Shown one piece after another: positions 61,229-64,000 of a DNA stretch of 64,000 nt (position 1 is the stretch's first letter; every line of letters begins with the position of its first letter). The stretch is taken from NCBI GenBank assembly GCA_002104895.1, contig MCFG01000187.1:1-64000 (forward strand), given 5' to 3'. The position numbers were made by a program, and so were the translations under genes. A model generated the notes under the pieces. The model did no database searches and was not told where the DNA came from. It saw nothing but the letters and a program-made list of their open reading frames with translations. Source of the DNA: Anaeromyces robustus (lineage: Eukaryota).

Positions 61229-61373
61229 ACTATTTAAAAAAAAAAAATAAAAGAATTCTATAATTTATTAATTGTTTATGTCTATATATTATTAAATGGT
61301 TATTATAATATTTTTTTGATATTTATCAATAGTATTAATAATCTTTTTTCTTTAACTATTATAATTATTATTA

Positions 61374-62315
61374 TTAGATTCTTGATTGTGATTCATAATC
61401 AGAATATTTTTTTGAACGCTCATTAACATCAGCAAATAATAAGCACCATCTATCAACAAAGTCCGAGACCAATTCACGAACCTAAATATTTAAGTATATA
61501 TATATATTAAAAAAAAAAAATTTTTTTTTATTAAATTGACATAAATAGATGTTTATATTTATATATATTCTAAATTAATCTTGAAGGTTTACTCTTCTTT
61601 TTAAAGCTAATTTATATATTTGTTCTTTCTTTCTTCTTTCTTTTGACCAGTTCTTTGGATAGTCCTTTATATATATATATATATTAGTTAATATTACATA
61701 TATATGTATAAATCATATAAACAAATATGATTAATAAATTAATAAATACAATTTGTGAAAATTATATATATTTATTTATTTAATAGTAAATTATTAGATT
61801 AATTAATATTTTTTATACTTACATCAATAATTTGGGTTAATTGACCTACATTTTCTGGATCTGAAGGATCAGCTAATTAAAAATAGTACAAAAAATATTT
61901 TTTATAAAATATTTTTATTAATATTTTTTTTATTTTTTATTTTTTTTTTTATTTTTTATTTTTTTTTTATATTATTTATATATCTATGTAAATATATAAT
62001 ACATTTAGTTTCAACATCAACTTTTTTAGAATTTTTTGTTTTTATTTTAGTTTGTGTTACTTTCTTAGTTGGCTAATTCAATTATATTTGTTAAATATAA
62101 ATTAAATTAGTAATATTAATAAATGAATGAATTTAATAATAATCTTTTTAATTTCTTATATATAATAAAATAGAATTTAATTATTACCGGTTTTCGTTTA
62201 TTAGTGGTATTTTTTTCTATTTATATAAGAAAGTATAAAAATTTTTGAGTAATTTTTTTTATTTATTTTATTTTTTAAAAAAATATATAAGAAAAATAAT
62301 TGGATACATGAAGTA

Positions 62316-62355
<40 letters not shown>

Positions 62356-63880
62356 TATATACACAATCTTTTTAATATTAAATTACTAATAATTGCATTT
62401 GTAAAAATAATAATAAAGTTTACCTTCTTCTACCATTTCTGGTGTTTTAAATTCAATATTATCATAGAATTTTACATGATTATAGCTCTATATTAAAATA
62501 TATGTTTTATAAAAAAAAAAGTTATATATATTACTATTATTATTATTATTAAAATGATATATATATATAAAAGAATTATTTGGTACATTAATTGGTAATT
62601 CTAATTTTCCTCTTATTTTCATAGAAGTATTTGTAACATTATCAGCTAATTCAACAAATAACCAATAACTAATTGTAATGATAAAAAAAAAATATATTCA
62701 TATAATAAATTAATATATATTAATATAAATTATAATATTCAAAAATAATAATAAAAATTATTATAATAAATAATATTATCATTATATTATTATTATTACC
62801 CTAATGAATAATGTACGGATTGATGAGGTTCTTGAACTTTTGCTACAGATGAACTTATAATCATATTTAATTCCTTTAAAAAATCAGATTGATCGACTTT
62901 GTTTTCAATTTTATATATATTCTAATAATTATTTATATATTTATTTTATAATTACATATTATAAATAAATAAATAAGTTAATATTGAATTATAGTTCAAG
63001 TATAATATTTTAATATTTATAGGTATAGGTTTCGACATATATTATTATAGTTTATATTATTACATTATATAATCTATCAATCGAACGATTCCATTCTGTT
63101 GTAATATTTAAATATTCATTAACTCTATTACAAAGATCTTTTAATTTTTCAATAATAACTGTAGTAAAGTTTAACTAGTAAAAATAATATAAATAAATAA
63201 AAAAAAAAGAATTTATAATATTAGTAATATAATTATTTTTTATTTTGTGAATCAAATGAAAAAAAAACAAAAATAAACGTAATTCATTCAATAGTATGAG
63301 TATGAATTTTAGTTTAAAAAAAATTAAATAATTACGTGATAATCTTTGTTTCGTCTTATAAAGTGTTGATGCTCTATAACCTTTAGAGAAATAATTCTTG
63401 TCTTTTTTATCTTAGCATTCTTATAATTAATTTGTTCAAATACTTTATCAAATATATATTTATCAATTGCTTTAGAGATAACAATAGCCCTATGAAGTGT
63501 TAAAAAAAAAAGAAAGTAAGAATAATATTAAATTTTTTAATGTTGATTATTACATTAATATATTTTAAATAATTATATATATATATATGTGTGTGTGTTT
63601 TATTTTATTTTTATTAATAATATTATCAAATATATACTTTCTATGTTCTAATATTTTCTCTAATTCCATTCTTTTGAACTTCATTGTATCATGTTGTATA
63701 GCGTATCCCTATATTTATATGGAAAATATATATATATAATATCAGAATTATAATTACTTTGTTATTCATTATTAAAATAATCAAAAATAAATAATATTAG
63801 TATTAATTTACCTTAAATTCGATAACTTTTTTACATGGTGTTTCAGGATGTGTAATCATTTCCCATGATTCAGTAAAAAT
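61374..63880 (-). CDS. MYCBPAP: MYCBP-associated protein-like (flagellar central-apparatus protein), 3' part only; gene continues beyond the window end
   Basis: Twelve in-phase exons: 63880-63812, 63708-63638, 63489-63336, 63174-63064, 62921-62800, 62668-62587, 62487-62424, 62216-62188, 62072-62003, 61872-61823, 61664-61593, 61481-61374. Segments IFTESWEMITHP..KVIEFKGYAIQHD...RMELEKILEHRKA, FIRRN, EWNRSIDRL and SMKIRGKLELP match my recollection of MYCBPAP C-terminal blocks. Confidence 0.75.
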
Positions 63881-64000
63881 CTATAATATTTTTTATTTTA
63901 CAAAAAAAAAAAATTTTTAATTCATAAATAATTGAATATGAGAAAATATAAAAATATACTCTTTATTCTATTTATAAAGAAAATCCAATTCATAAATAAT

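Overview
This is extremely AT-rich, intron-rich eukaryotic DNA with abundant (AAT)n/(TAAA)n microsatellites and long poly-A/T runs. Base composition, gene structure, a WNK kinase and a flagellar MYCBPAP-like gene point to a zoosporic fungus, most likely an anaerobic gut fungus (Neocallimastigomycota); this assignment is inference. I assembled nine protein-coding genes by hand, checking GT-AG sites and exon phase: (1) a signal-peptide/TM/SH3 receptor-like protein; (2) a compact WNK kinase; (3) RPL39, which the ORF track misses; (4) a membrane-anchored protein with a six-cysteine DUF4189-like domain; (5) an intronless disordered Ser-rich protein ending in a GRFTI motif; (6) eIF2-alpha; (7) eIF4G; (8) the FTase/GGTase-I alpha subunit; (9) the 3' part of a MYCBPAP-like gene. 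The best leads are a bacterial-type DUF4189 domain in an intron-containing fungal gene, a tail-less WNK with a changed chloride pocket plus a nearby RFxI-motif disordered protein, a decayed GC-richer coding island resembling a Polinton/Maverick-type gene with a GC-rich hairpin insert, a structured GC island between the convergent eIF2-alpha and eIF4G genes, and frequent AAG 3' splice sites. No rRNA, tRNA or CRISPR array was seen. All homology calls are from motif recognition, not database searches.
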